IMG/VR virus record: IMGVR_UViG_3300029705_000015
Length of the DNA: 64,000 bases
Source: a virus
Lineage: Duplodnaviria > Heunggongvirae > Uroviricota > Caudoviricetes
Strand: one strand, 5' to 3'
Positions within the stretch are counted from its first letter, which is position 1, and every line of letters starts with the position of its first letter. Position numbers and translations under genes: made by a program. The notes beneath the pieces were generated by a model. That model saw only the letters and a program-made list of their open reading frames with translations, searched no databases and had not been told where the DNA came from. Shown in pieces: positions 39,352 to 48,789 of the stretch.

Positions 39352-40965
39352 ATGAGCTTTGATTATATCAATGAAGCATTCAAGCGACTCAATGCTCTAA
39401 ATGAGGAAATGTTTGATACATCTCTTACTGGCATGAATGGCTTGGCTGATTTCATGGAAGAAGATGACGCTTCCGACATTGTTAAGGTTATTGATCCTAC
39501 TGCTGAAACAGAAGATGCCGTATCCGATTCTTACATTGGTAAGGTAATTATCAATTGTAATGTTTGTCATTCTCATATCTTTGAAGACAAACAAGATGTT
39601 GTCATTGATGAGGATGGTGTTGTAAATCCTGAGATGCAGTGCCCTTATTGTGGAGAACTATCAGGATTTACTGTTGTTGGCGAGATCAAGCCATTTGAAC
39701 AAGAAACTCCTGCTGAGGAACCAGCGGCAGAACCCTCTGTTGAGGCTGATCCTGTTGTAGATACACCAGAGGACGCTCCTGAGGTTGATCCTGTTGTTGA
39801 AAAACTCGATGAGGGGTTTGATCATGACGCTATTCAGGACGGTATGGATAATCTGAAAAGTTTTCTGAGATCTAAGGGACACGCTTGTAAGACAAAAGAA
39901 GCTATTACTTACTTGTGGTCAGTAGTTGATCTATTTGAAGCAGGTGATCAGGAAATGAATCCTGAAAACATTGCAGCTTGGTACGAGGAAACTTCCCGAA
40001 ATTTCCCAGAAGATCTTGAATTGTTTGAAAGTATTGAAGTCGAAGAAGAAATCCTAACTGAGGGTAAGATTATTGACAATGTTAAGAAGGTTGCAACAAG
40101 AGTTGGTGCTGATGCTGCAACAATTATTCGTTGTTTTACTGAGTTAGGAGAAATGGCTGTTAACATTGGTAATAAGGGTGAATACAGAACAACCAAGTTG
40201 AATGATCTTATGACTCATGTTGAAAATAAAGCTGTTCTTAAAGCACTTATGAGTGGTAATGAAACAGTTATGAACGGTTTGAGCAAGGAAGACATTGAAG
40301 AACTTGAGCAAGATATTGCTGAGTATGAGGCGGATAAGGCTAAGAAGGACAAACACCTTGATGAGTCTATTGAGGAGTTGTCACTTACTGCTAACGGTAC
40401 TCATATTGAAGTAGATGAAGATGAAGATGGTAAGGTTACTCTTACTGCAGAGCCTGTTCCTGCTGAAGGAGGCGATCAAGTAATTGCACCATTGTCTGAT
40501 GATACAATTGCAGAAATTGAAGCTCAAAATGATGTTCCTGCTGATGTTGGCGCAGTGGAAGATACCGATCCTGCAGCAAATACTGACGACATTGAGCTTG
40601 AAGTGGATGAGGTTGATGAGGAAGGATTAGACGAGCTTGGAGAAGCTTATCTTAAGAATATCTATGAAAATGTTGAGTCCTTCAAAACAACTAATGTTTC
40701 TACAACTGAATCAAGCATGATTGTTGAGGGAACTATCAAGTTTACTTCAGGGTCTGAAAAGAATACCGGATTCGTATTTGAAGCATTTACAACTGATGGT
40801 GAAGGTCGTGTTAAGTTTGTTGGTAAGAACAGACACTTTAGTGAGAGCGTTGATGCATTCGAACTAACAGGAACAATTTCTGAAAAGAAACTTTTACCTG
40901 AAAGTTTGTCATACAACTACATTGTTGGCGACCAGACTGTTAACGGAATTGTTAACAAAAAGTGA
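39352..40965 (+). CDS. Highly acidic head-associated protein with Zn ribbon and LxE linkers
   Basis: CNVC..CPYC; YINE, ALNE, KLDE, LFE, ILTE, HLDE sites. Confidence 0.55.
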   Translation: MSFDYINEAFKRLNALNEEMFDTSLTGMNGLADFMEEDDASDIVKVIDPTAETEDAVSDSYIGKVIINCNVCHSHIFEDKQDVVIDEDGVVNPEMQCPYCGELSGFTVVGEIKPFEQETPAEEPAAEPSVEADPVVDTPEDAPEVDPVVEKLDEGFDHDAIQDGMDNLKSFLRSKGHACKTKEAITYLWSVVDLFEAGDQEMNPENIAAWYEETSRNFPEDLELFESIEVEEEILTEGKIIDNVKKVATRVGADAATIIRCFTELGEMAVNIGNKGEYRTTKLNDLMTHVENKAVLKALMSGNETVMNGLSKEDIEELEQDIAEYEADKAKKDKHLDESIEELSLTANGTHIEVDEDEDGKVTLTAEPVPAEGGDQVIAPLSDDTIAEIEAQNDVPADVGAVEDTDPAANTDDIELEVDEVDEEGLDELGEAYLKNIYENVESFKTTNVSTTESSMIVEGTIKFTSGSEKNTGFVFEAFTTDGEGRVKFVGKNRHFSESVDAFELTGTISEKKLLPESLSYNYIVGDQTVNGIVNKK

Positions 40966-40977
40966 GGTACTGATAAC

Positions 40978-42120
40978 ATGGCATATGATATCTTCGATAC
41001 CTACAAGAAAAGATTAACTGAGTCTTTTGATAGACGATTTGAAGATGAGGTTGTTACACAAGAAGAATGTGTTTCAACTAGATCGACTGAAGACATGTTT
41101 GATGAAGCATTTAGTAACGTTTATGGAATTGAAGCAGAGGAAGCTACTCTGAATGAGGATTTCGGAACTTTTCCTGAATGGTTGAAAAAGTTCTTCAAAG
41201 ATAATAGAACTGTTAGAGACAATTTAACAAGGAAGGGCTTAGATCTTGCACATGCAACTTATATTTCAGGGCAGCTTCCAAAGAATGCAAGAGATCCTGC
41301 ATTCAAAGATTTAACTAAGTTGTCTGTTTTCCGTATGTATGAGCGTATTGGAAGCCCTTATCAAGTTGTTTACATTCCTGGAATTACCGATCCTGATGTT
41401 TATCCTGACGAGTTAAACCGTTGGACAAGATATCGTGCAAGTGCAATTTCTAAGAAAAAGCTTCTTGAGTTAACCACTGAATACGGTTATATTGATCTGA
41501 ATGACTCACGAAATAGTAATATTGCTGTTAGAAATGCACGTTATACTGCAAAGAAGGGTATGATTGATCGCAATCTTGATGCAGCTCAACAGCCTGTAAG
41601 AAGAAATGTTGAATACGGCAAGAAAGAGAACGGTCGTACTGATTATGATAATCCCATTAGCTGGGATATTGAGTGGGTAACAAAGAAGGGCTATGATAAA
41701 TCAGGCTATCCTCTTGACCCCGATAAGTATGGCAGAATGCTTGACGAAGTTGGTTTGGATGACTATGCTGTTCGTCTGGAGATGCTTTACAACAAGATTG
41801 AAGCTGCAAGAACTCGTCTTATTTCAGCTATGACCAAGTATACGGCTGCTGATTCTATGAAAGTGAGAGTTAAGAGTTCTTGGGAAAGAAATATCTTTGG
41901 AAATATTCAAAGAATTGTTTCTGATTTTTCAAGAGCAATCGATTCGTATCGTCAACTGGAAGAGGCTGTTAATGAGCTTGTGACAGCTGATGACATAGAT
42001 GATGCTCAGAAGGATCGCAGAATCAGGAGTGCATTTCAGTGGACTGGTAAACGTGTTCGTGAGTATCTGAAAGAAGTAACAGACGGACTTAAAAACGTCG
42101 AGTCAGCTGAGCCTATCTAA
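40978..42120 (+). CDS. Hypothetical protein with acidic LxE leader and basic body
   Basis: RLTE, MFDE and TLNE within the first ~60 aa. Confidence 0.55.
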   Translation: MAYDIFDTYKKRLTESFDRRFEDEVVTQEECVSTRSTEDMFDEAFSNVYGIEAEEATLNEDFGTFPEWLKKFFKDNRTVRDNLTRKGLDLAHATYISGQLPKNARDPAFKDLTKLSVFRMYERIGSPYQVVYIPGITDPDVYPDELNRWTRYRASAISKKKLLELTTEYGYIDLNDSRNSNIAVRNARYTAKKGMIDRNLDAAQQPVRRNVEYGKKENGRTDYDNPISWDIEWVTKKGYDKSGYPLDPDKYGRMLDEVGLDDYAVRLEMLYNKIEAARTRLISAMTKYTAADSMKVRVKSSWERNIFGNIQRIVSDFSRAIDSYRQLEEAVNELVTADDIDDAQKDRRIRSAFQWTGKRVREYLKEVTDGLKNVESAEPI

Positions 42121-42142
42121 TCTATCATGAAGGAGTTCTATA

Positions 42143-42637
42143 ATGAATCAAAATTATGGATTGCTCCTCAATGAGCGTGATATAAAGTTACAAAGAAAAT
42201 ATTTCGAAGAAATGTGCACGATGGTTGGCGTCAAAGTTATTCATCGTGCACCTCGTCCTGGCAAATCTTATACAACTTACAGTGAGATAGACTCAAATTA
42301 CTTTGAGCCTGAAGCAGTAGGATGCATATTTGAAGAGCATCCTAATCAAAGAACAATGAAGAAACTTGGTTGGAATTCAGAATTGTCTGAAGTTGCATCT
42401 ATTATTTCTGTTCCGTATGACTTGAAAGGAATCCAACAGGGCTCCTTGTTCATTGTTCCCAGTGCGTTTGACAGAACCGTGGGAAGAGTGTTTCGAGTTA
42501 CTGAAATAACAGGAATCATGATATATCCTTGTTCTTTAACATGTAAGTTAGTTCCTGAATACGAAGATACATTTACTCCTAACACGTATGTACACAAGAC
42601 AAATAGTTTTAATCTGTTGAACCGTGAGGAAGATTGA
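42143..42637 (+). CDS. Head closure/neck protein (gp14-like)
   Basis: Synteny; beta-rich, G.L..V....FRVTEI. Confidence 0.5.
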   Translation: MNQNYGLLLNERDIKLQRKYFEEMCTMVGVKVIHRAPRPGKSYTTYSEIDSNYFEPEAVGCIFEEHPNQRTMKKLGWNSELSEVASIISVPYDLKGIQQGSLFIVPSAFDRTVGRVFRVTEITGIMIYPCSLTCKLVPEYEDTFTPNTYVHKTNSFNLLNREED

Positions 42638-43059
42638 TGCAACTCGAAATACTTGATCCTAACAATGAGCTTGAAAAATCTTTTGGTTTATGGTTAAGAT
42701 CAAGAATAATTTCTAGGTTTCTTGCACTTTTGGATTCAAGAAAATTGCAAAGATGGCAACAATTTTTCAACACTACCGATAAATTTATTCTTTTGTCTAA
42801 TACTCTGGATGTAGAAAGAACACTTCGTTATGGTATAAGATTTTTACGAGTTAAGAAACTTCCTGATAAGATAGTAATATATCTTGATAAGAATCAGCTA
42901 GTTCCAGGACTCGATAGAGTTAAGCTTGAAGTATTTTTTCGGTTAATAACATACGGTAACAGTTCGCTTGCTGGTTATCCGTTATTTATCAACAATTTAC
43001 AACATTTTGTTGATAACATAGATTACTATATTGAGTTGTACCAAGAAGGGATTGAGTGA
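42634..43059 (+). CDS. Hypothetical neck-region protein
   Basis: Translationally coupled ORF; LITYGN motif. Confidence 0.5.
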   Translation: MMQLEILDPNNELEKSFGLWLRSRIISRFLALLDSRKLQRWQQFFNTTDKFILLSNTLDVERTLRYGIRFLRVKKLPDKIVIYLDKNQLVPGLDRVKLEVFFRLITYGNSSLAGYPLFINNLQHFVDNIDYYIELYQEGIE

Positions 43060-43667
43060 TTATGGCAGTCAGGTTTTATGATGATGCATTACTTGCAAAA
43101 TTGAAAAAATGGACTGCTGATACTCAGGTACAGTTAACTGGAGTAAACGAAACTCGCCGCTTATTTGAAGTTGTTGCAGATAAAACTAACGACAAACCAA
43201 TTAAGCTACCGTTGATTGCACTAAGTAGATCCGGTGGTTATACAATTCAAGAAAAATACAAGCAACCTAAAAGCTACAGTGGCTCTACAATGATTCGATT
43301 GACGGATTCTGGAGCCAAGTTAAATGCAATTCCAATCGGTATATCATATCAGCTTGATATTTATTGTAGATATTTAGCTGAAGCAGACGAATATGCACGA
43401 AATATTGTATTTAATATTATAAATTATCCTAAGTTGTCAATTGAAATCCCTTATGAGGATTCTGGTTTACAACATGACGCAAACATCAGACTAACAACTG
43501 ATGTAGAAGATAATTCAGATATTCCTGAAAGATTGATTCCTGGTCAGTTTACAAGATTCACTATTGGAATCGATATTGACGATGCTTATCTGTTTGATGT
43601 GAGAATAAAAGATAACATATCAATCTCCTCTGTCGATACAGTCATCGATAAAGAGGGGTCGGTATAA
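43056..43667 (+). CDS. Tail terminator/sheath stabiliser (gp15-like)
   Basis: LPLIALSR..PI.ISYQLDI; directly before the sheath gene. Confidence 0.65.
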   Translation: MIMAVRFYDDALLAKLKKWTADTQVQLTGVNETRRLFEVVADKTNDKPIKLPLIALSRSGGYTIQEKYKQPKSYSGSTMIRLTDSGAKLNAIPIGISYQLDIYCRYLAEADEYARNIVFNIINYPKLSIEIPYEDSGLQHDANIRLTTDVEDNSDIPERLIPGQFTRFTIGIDIDDAYLFDVRIKDNISISSVDTVIDKEGSV

Positions 43668-43716
43668 ACTGATAATATTGAGATATACTTACTAATTAAC
43701 ATAGGAGTTTTGATAC

Positions 43717-45456
43717 ATGGCTGAGAATATCAAAATCATTGTTCAAGAAGACGATCAAACTCGCCCAAGAGGATCTGGTGTAAGTAGCGATATTGTTTAT
43801 GTTCCTGGTCTTGCAAGTGAATTCTGTCCTGCAGAATATCAGAATAAGCCTCTGCTTTGCTCAACAATTGATGAGTTCGAAGCATACTTTGGTTCTGAAC
43901 CTTACAAGTTCCCTGCTGACGAACAAGTATCAAAGTGCACTGTTAAGAAGGGCGACTACGATAGATCTTATATCTATGCTAAGGAGCTTATCAATGCAGG
44001 ATTAACTGTTCTTTACGAAAACATCACTCCTGATGACTCTGCTCTTGTTAACTTAGCAGATTTCACAAAACTTTCAGGACCTATCACAAAAGTTCGTGGA
44101 ACAAAGAATGTTTTCCGTGCAGAAAGTGCAACTGAGGATGCTTATACAGCAAGTGTTACATTTACACTTGATGGAATGAGAAAATATGGTGGCGTTTCAG
44201 TTCTTTGCAAAGCACATAGTGACAGCACTATTGATGTAGCACTGAGCGAAGCTGATGGTGTTCCTGGTGTCGAAGTATACCAAGGTGAAGGTGACTTTGT
44301 AATCAGTGGTAACACAATTACTTGGGAAGATCAAGATCCTACAACAGCAACATTTACTGTAAATCTTGAGATTACTGGTTCTGGATTGTTCAGCATCAGC
44401 TTAGTTGAAGGAACTAATGTTTCTCAAGAAGTTCCTACAGTATCTTCTCGTTTAGCATACTTCTACGACAACGTTGGTGACAGATTTGAGAATCTGAAAG
44501 ACAAGAACGAATATACTGTTAAGTATCTCACACTCGGTGGTTATCCAAGTTTTAACCCTGTTATTGATGACAGTGGTGCAACAACATATCCTTATGCAGC
44601 TAAAATGCTTGATTGTGCAGCTAACAGAAATGATGTGGTTGCTCTGATTGACCATTATGACGATCCTGATGCTGCTCTTGGATTAGATCATGTTGTTCAA
44701 ACAAGTACAACTCCTGCAAAGGATTCCATCTACAAGCTTGTTAACGATTACTTCAGGAATGCAGCAAATACAGAATTTGGTGCAATGTTTACACCTTGGG
44801 GCAATTATACATGTGTTACTGTTGATGATGAGACAGCAACATTACAAGCAATGCCTGCTTCCTTTGGTTATTTGCTATGCTTAGCAAAAGCTATCAAGAC
44901 AAGTCCTAACTGGTTAGCGATGGCTGGTGTGTCCAGAGGCATTGTTCCTAATCTTCAGAGTTTGAGAACAAACAAGATTCTCTCAAATGTTATTGCTGAG
45001 AATTATCAGCCTAAGTATGGTGACATCGAAGAGAAGAATGTTATCTCCATCAATGCTATTACGAACGTTAAGCCTTATGGTTTAACAATCTGGGGCAATA
45101 GAACTCTCAAGAGAGTTGCTTCAAAAGGAACTGTTGCAACAAACTTCCTGAACACTCGTAACATGATTAGCGACATTAAGAAGTTGTCTTATAATACTGC
45201 AAAATCTTTGATGTTTGAGCAGGAAAGTGATACATTATGGCTTAGCTTCAAGTCAGGTGTAAGTCCTCTGCTTGATCAGTTAAAGAGTGGTCATGGTATT
45301 TCTGATTACAAGTTAATCAAGAACACAACAAAGTATAATGGCAATGCTCTCACTCGTGGTGAGATGTCTGCTACTATCAAGATCTTCCCGCTCTATGCTG
45401 TCGAGTATTTCGAGATTACAGTTGTGGTCTCTGATAACGATGTTGCGGTATCCTAA
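43717..45456 (+). CDS. Contractile tail sheath protein
   Basis: FTPW, W.AMAG.SRG, INAI, IWGNRTL, LMFEQ, P..AVEYF.I. Confidence 0.9.
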   Translation: MAENIKIIVQEDDQTRPRGSGVSSDIVYVPGLASEFCPAEYQNKPLLCSTIDEFEAYFGSEPYKFPADEQVSKCTVKKGDYDRSYIYAKELINAGLTVLYENITPDDSALVNLADFTKLSGPITKVRGTKNVFRAESATEDAYTASVTFTLDGMRKYGGVSVLCKAHSDSTIDVALSEADGVPGVEVYQGEGDFVISGNTITWEDQDPTTATFTVNLEITGSGLFSISLVEGTNVSQEVPTVSSRLAYFYDNVGDRFENLKDKNEYTVKYLTLGGYPSFNPVIDDSGATTYPYAAKMLDCAANRNDVVALIDHYDDPDAALGLDHVVQTSTTPAKDSIYKLVNDYFRNAANTEFGAMFTPWGNYTCVTVDDETATLQAMPASFGYLLCLAKAIKTSPNWLAMAGVSRGIVPNLQSLRTNKILSNVIAENYQPKYGDIEEKNVISINAITNVKPYGLTIWGNRTLKRVASKGTVATNFLNTRNMISDIKKLSYNTAKSLMFEQESDTLWLSFKSGVSPLLDQLKSGHGISDYKLIKNTTKYNGNALTRGEMSATIKIFPLYAVEYFEITVVVSDNDVAVS

Positions 45457-45473
45457 TTGAGGAGGAAACAAAA

Positions 45474-46085
45474 ATGTCTATTTTACTTCAGAACACTGAA
45501 AAGGCAAGCACTCTTCATACTGCTGGCGATAAGTTAGGTACTTACTACCTAACCGACAATCCTAAACATTATGAAATTCAGAGAACAAACAACTTTATGT
45601 TCTACATTCAGGGACTCTCTGGATCATTCAACATTGCAAATAACACATATGCTGCAACAAATGCAGATGATGTTATCCGCGTGTCAGTAAGTAAAGCATC
45701 TGTTCCTCACTTCTCTCAAAATCCGATTGAGGTTAAGCGTGGAAACAACACAATGAAGTTCGCTGGAACTCCAACATTTGATGCTGGTGAAATCGAGCTG
45801 AATGACTTCATTGGTGCCGGTACTAAAGATGTTCTTCTTGCTTGGCAGAATCAGTCTTACGATGTTAGAACTGAGAAGGTTGGTCTTGCTTCTGACTACA
45901 AGAGAGATGCTTATCTTCTTGAGTACACTCCCGATTATCAGTTAGTTCGTACATGGAAGTTGATGGGTTGTTGGATTAGTAAGTTGTCAGAAGGCGCTTA
46001 TGATCATAACTCTGCTGATAAGCATTCCATTACAGCTACAATCGAGTATGATAAAGCCTGGATCGACATTTCGGACATTGATTAA
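45474..46085 (+). CDS. Tail tube protein (gp19-like)
   Basis: KFAG.P, W, YKRD, RTWKL.GCW, IEYD; follows the sheath gene. Confidence 0.85.
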   Translation: MSILLQNTEKASTLHTAGDKLGTYYLTDNPKHYEIQRTNNFMFYIQGLSGSFNIANNTYAATNADDVIRVSVSKASVPHFSQNPIEVKRGNNTMKFAGTPTFDAGEIELNDFIGAGTKDVLLAWQNQSYDVRTEKVGLASDYKRDAYLLEYTPDYQLVRTWKLMGCWISKLSEGAYDHNSADKHSITATIEYDKAWIDISDID

Positions 46086-46101
46086 ATTCATACTTAACAT
46101 G

Positions 46102-46139
46102 ACAGGCAAGTATAATTACATACTTGCCTGTTTATTTTT
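46102..46139 (+). terminator. Intrinsic terminator
   Basis: ACAGGCAAGTAT/ATACTTGCCTGT followed by a T-rich tail. Confidence 0.75.
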
Positions 46140-46163
46140 ATAATTCACACTGAGGATAACAAC

Positions 46164-47657
46164 ATGATCTTAAAAGAATATTTTGAAGTTCATGATACTT
46201 TGAATCCAAAATTATGGTCTGAAAATAACAAGTTGAGAGATGACGTAAAGTTACGTGTACTTGAAATCATTGAACAGTTTATTTCAACATGTGAGCTCCC
46301 GTTAAATATTGTTGATGTGCATCTTGTTGGAAGTAATGCATCTTACAATTACACTAAGTATTCGGATCTCGATGTTCATATTATTTCAAATTTTGAGTTG
46401 ATTGATGCACCGAAAGAGTTGTTGCAAGCTGCATACAATGCTGTAAAAGCAAAGTTCAATATGGATTATGACATCAAGATTAGAGATGTTGATATTGAGC
46501 TGTATGTTGAAGATATTAGATCATCTGCAGTATCGAACGGTATATACTCTCTCTACAATGATTCTTGGATAAAGTTTCCAAAAAGATTAACGAACATTCC
46601 TCAAGTTGATTTTGAAGAAGATTTTCAAGCTTGGAAAAACACATTTGAGAGTGCAATTCAATCTGGTAACTCAGATAACATTACAAATGTTATTGATCAG
46701 TTGTATATGTTACGTAAAGTCTCTCTTGACACAGAAGGGGAGTATAGTACAGGAAACCTTGTATTCAAAGAAATTCGTAATGTTGGTTTGTTAGATGCTG
46801 CAAAGGATGCATACAAATCTGCACGATCAAGAGAGCTGACATTGGAGAAGCTTCAGTTACATGAGGATTCCAGAAGCTCTCTTCTTGCAAAAAGTAAGCG
46901 GACCGACAAAGGATTTCAAAGATTTAAGCGTCGTGTTAAATCGAGAGTTGCAAATAGTGTTAAACAATACAACAGTATTGATATGAATAAGCTCTTCAAA
47001 CAAGATATTTTAACTGTTGATGTACAAGTTAAAGGTGAAACTGATACATACACAGTTAAGATTAGTTTTGGAGGTTTTCTTGAATTACTTCACGACCAGT
47101 TAGAGAAACAAGAATTCTGTTTGAAAGCTGTAACAAGAGCATTGATTACCGGATTTAACAGGGATGATGTTTATATTCATTGTTCTTGCCCTGATGCTCA
47201 GTATAGATTTGCATATTGGCAAACAAAGAAGAAAACAAGTAGTGGTGATCCTGAGACAAGGCCCGCAAATATAACTAACCCAGATGATACTTTAGGGGAA
47301 GGTTGCAAACATGTACTACTTGTCTTGTCAAATACAAGTTGGTTATTAAAGGTTGCATCTACAATCTTCAATTATGTTAATTACATGGAAAAACATTATG
47401 AAAGATTGTATCAGAAAGTAATTTATCCTGCAATCTATCAAACTGCATATACTGAGCCTGAGCAGATTGAAATTGATGGGTTCCATAGCGACGAGCTTGA
47501 AACTGATACTGATACTCTCGATAGAGCTAATGTTCATGCACGAACAAAGAATCAGTTCAAGAAGGGCAACGAATATAGATTCAAGCCAGGGGAAGATCCA
47601 AATCAGATTTCACTTGATGATCTGGAAGATTCTGACGATGAAACAGAAGATAACTAA
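46164..47657 (+). CDS. Pol-beta-superfamily nucleotidyltransferase fused to a SWIM-type Zn-finger domain
   Basis: LVGSNASYNY..SDLDVH..IELYVE; CSCPD..YRF..NP..CKH. Confidence 0.75.
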   Translation: MILKEYFEVHDTLNPKLWSENNKLRDDVKLRVLEIIEQFISTCELPLNIVDVHLVGSNASYNYTKYSDLDVHIISNFELIDAPKELLQAAYNAVKAKFNMDYDIKIRDVDIELYVEDIRSSAVSNGIYSLYNDSWIKFPKRLTNIPQVDFEEDFQAWKNTFESAIQSGNSDNITNVIDQLYMLRKVSLDTEGEYSTGNLVFKEIRNVGLLDAAKDAYKSARSRELTLEKLQLHEDSRSSLLAKSKRTDKGFQRFKRRVKSRVANSVKQYNSIDMNKLFKQDILTVDVQVKGETDTYTVKISFGGFLELLHDQLEKQEFCLKAVTRALITGFNRDDVYIHCSCPDAQYRFAYWQTKKKTSSGDPETRPANITNPDDTLGEGCKHVLLVLSNTSWLLKVASTIFNYVNYMEKHYERLYQKVIYPAIYQTAYTEPEQIEIDGFHSDELETDTDTLDRANVHARTKNQFKKGNEYRFKPGEDPNQISLDDLEDSDDETEDN

Positions 47658-47742
47658 GTTCTTATATAGTTAACTTGGTTCAGTATAATCACGATAAACT
47701 TGGAGCATCGTTGTTGTATAAGTTATAAATTACAACAACGAT

Positions 47743-47799
47743 CTCCTTGAGTTTAGTCGATACATCTTGTATAATATTATGTATAGATAACTCAAGGAG
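47743..47799 (+). promoter_or_regulatory. RBS-sequestering hairpin with an internal promoter-like motif
   Basis: CTCCTTGAGTT (47743) pairs with AACTCAAGGAG (47789-47799, contains the SD); TTGTATAAT at 47767. Confidence 0.65.
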
Positions 47800-47809
47800 A
47801 TGCTGATAA

Positions 47810-48565
47810 ATGGTGGATTATACAATTGCACATGAATATACACTCCCGAGTCAAGGTAAGGTGTATAACAAAGAGATAAACCCGAACTTTAAGTTACGGT
47901 CAATGACTACTGCGGAAGAAATGAAAAGACTGAATCACAGTGATAAACAATACAAAGCAATGTCAGAAATCATTGATGATTGTTTAGTTGATGATATTGG
48001 TATTTCAGCATATGATCTTTGCATTGCCGATTATCAGTATATGTTGCATAAGTTAAGAATTGTTACATACGGAACAAGTTATAAACTTGAGTCACATTGT
48101 CCCTATTGTGCGTCCGTTAACAGAGATGTACTGAATCTGGAAGATCTTCCTCTGATTCCTTTCGATGAAGATACTTTCAAGAAAGCAACTGAATTCACTC
48201 TTCCCGCAACAGGTAAAGTAATAAAACTCAGAGTGCAGACGCCTCGGATACTTGATGATATTTCTTTCCGTGCTAAAGAAGAGCGCCGTAGAAATCCCAA
48301 GTTTGTCGGAGACCCTGCATTTTTATTTACCATCGAGTCTCTTATTGATACTATTGATGGTGTCAAACCCGAGCAATTCAAGTTGGCTCCGTTTATTCAG
48401 AAACTGCCAATGATGGATACAAACTATATCTTGCGCTCAGCTCAAAAGCTGAATAATTTCTTTGGATTGGATAGCAAACTTGTTCATGTTTGCAATGTGT
48501 GTGGACTAGATTACAGTAGTAACTTTCGCACCACATCTGAATTCTTTGGACCCTCAATTGACTGA
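47810..48565 (+). CDS. Baseplate hub assembly/tail chaperone (T4 gp26/gp51-like)
   Basis: LPSQG..Y, MTTAEE, LRIVTYG, CPYC, LP.TG, CNVC, ends FFGP. Confidence 0.75.
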   Translation: MVDYTIAHEYTLPSQGKVYNKEINPNFKLRSMTTAEEMKRLNHSDKQYKAMSEIIDDCLVDDIGISAYDLCIADYQYMLHKLRIVTYGTSYKLESHCPYCASVNRDVLNLEDLPLIPFDEDTFKKATEFTLPATGKVIKLRVQTPRILDDISFRAKEERRRNPKFVGDPAFLFTIESLIDTIDGVKPEQFKLAPFIQKLPMMDTNYILRSAQKLNNFFGLDSKLVHVCNVCGLDYSSNFRTTSEFFGPSID

Positions 48566-48770
48566 GGATGGATCTCCTTACGGACCACAACGATACAAAG
48601 ATATTGCTCGAGATTTGTATCTGATTTCAAAACATACAAATACATCTTATGAAGATGCAAAGAAAGTCTCTCCTATAGAGAGACAATACATTCTTGAGTT
48701 TATAACTGAAGACTTAGAGCGTCAAAAACAGTTATATGAGAACGCAAGACAACAAACTCAGAAAAATTAA
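48546..48770 (+). CDS. Small pre-tape-measure chaperone, possibly the frameshift extension of 47810
   Basis: No ATG and no clear SD; overlaps the upstream gene in the +1 frame; P.ER.Y motif. Confidence 0.6.
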   Translation: MDPQLTEDGSPYGPQRYKDIARDLYLISKHTNTSYEDAKKVSPIERQYILEFITEDLERQKQLYENARQQTQKN

Positions 48771-48789
48771 CAAGGAGGTATGAGTTCAT

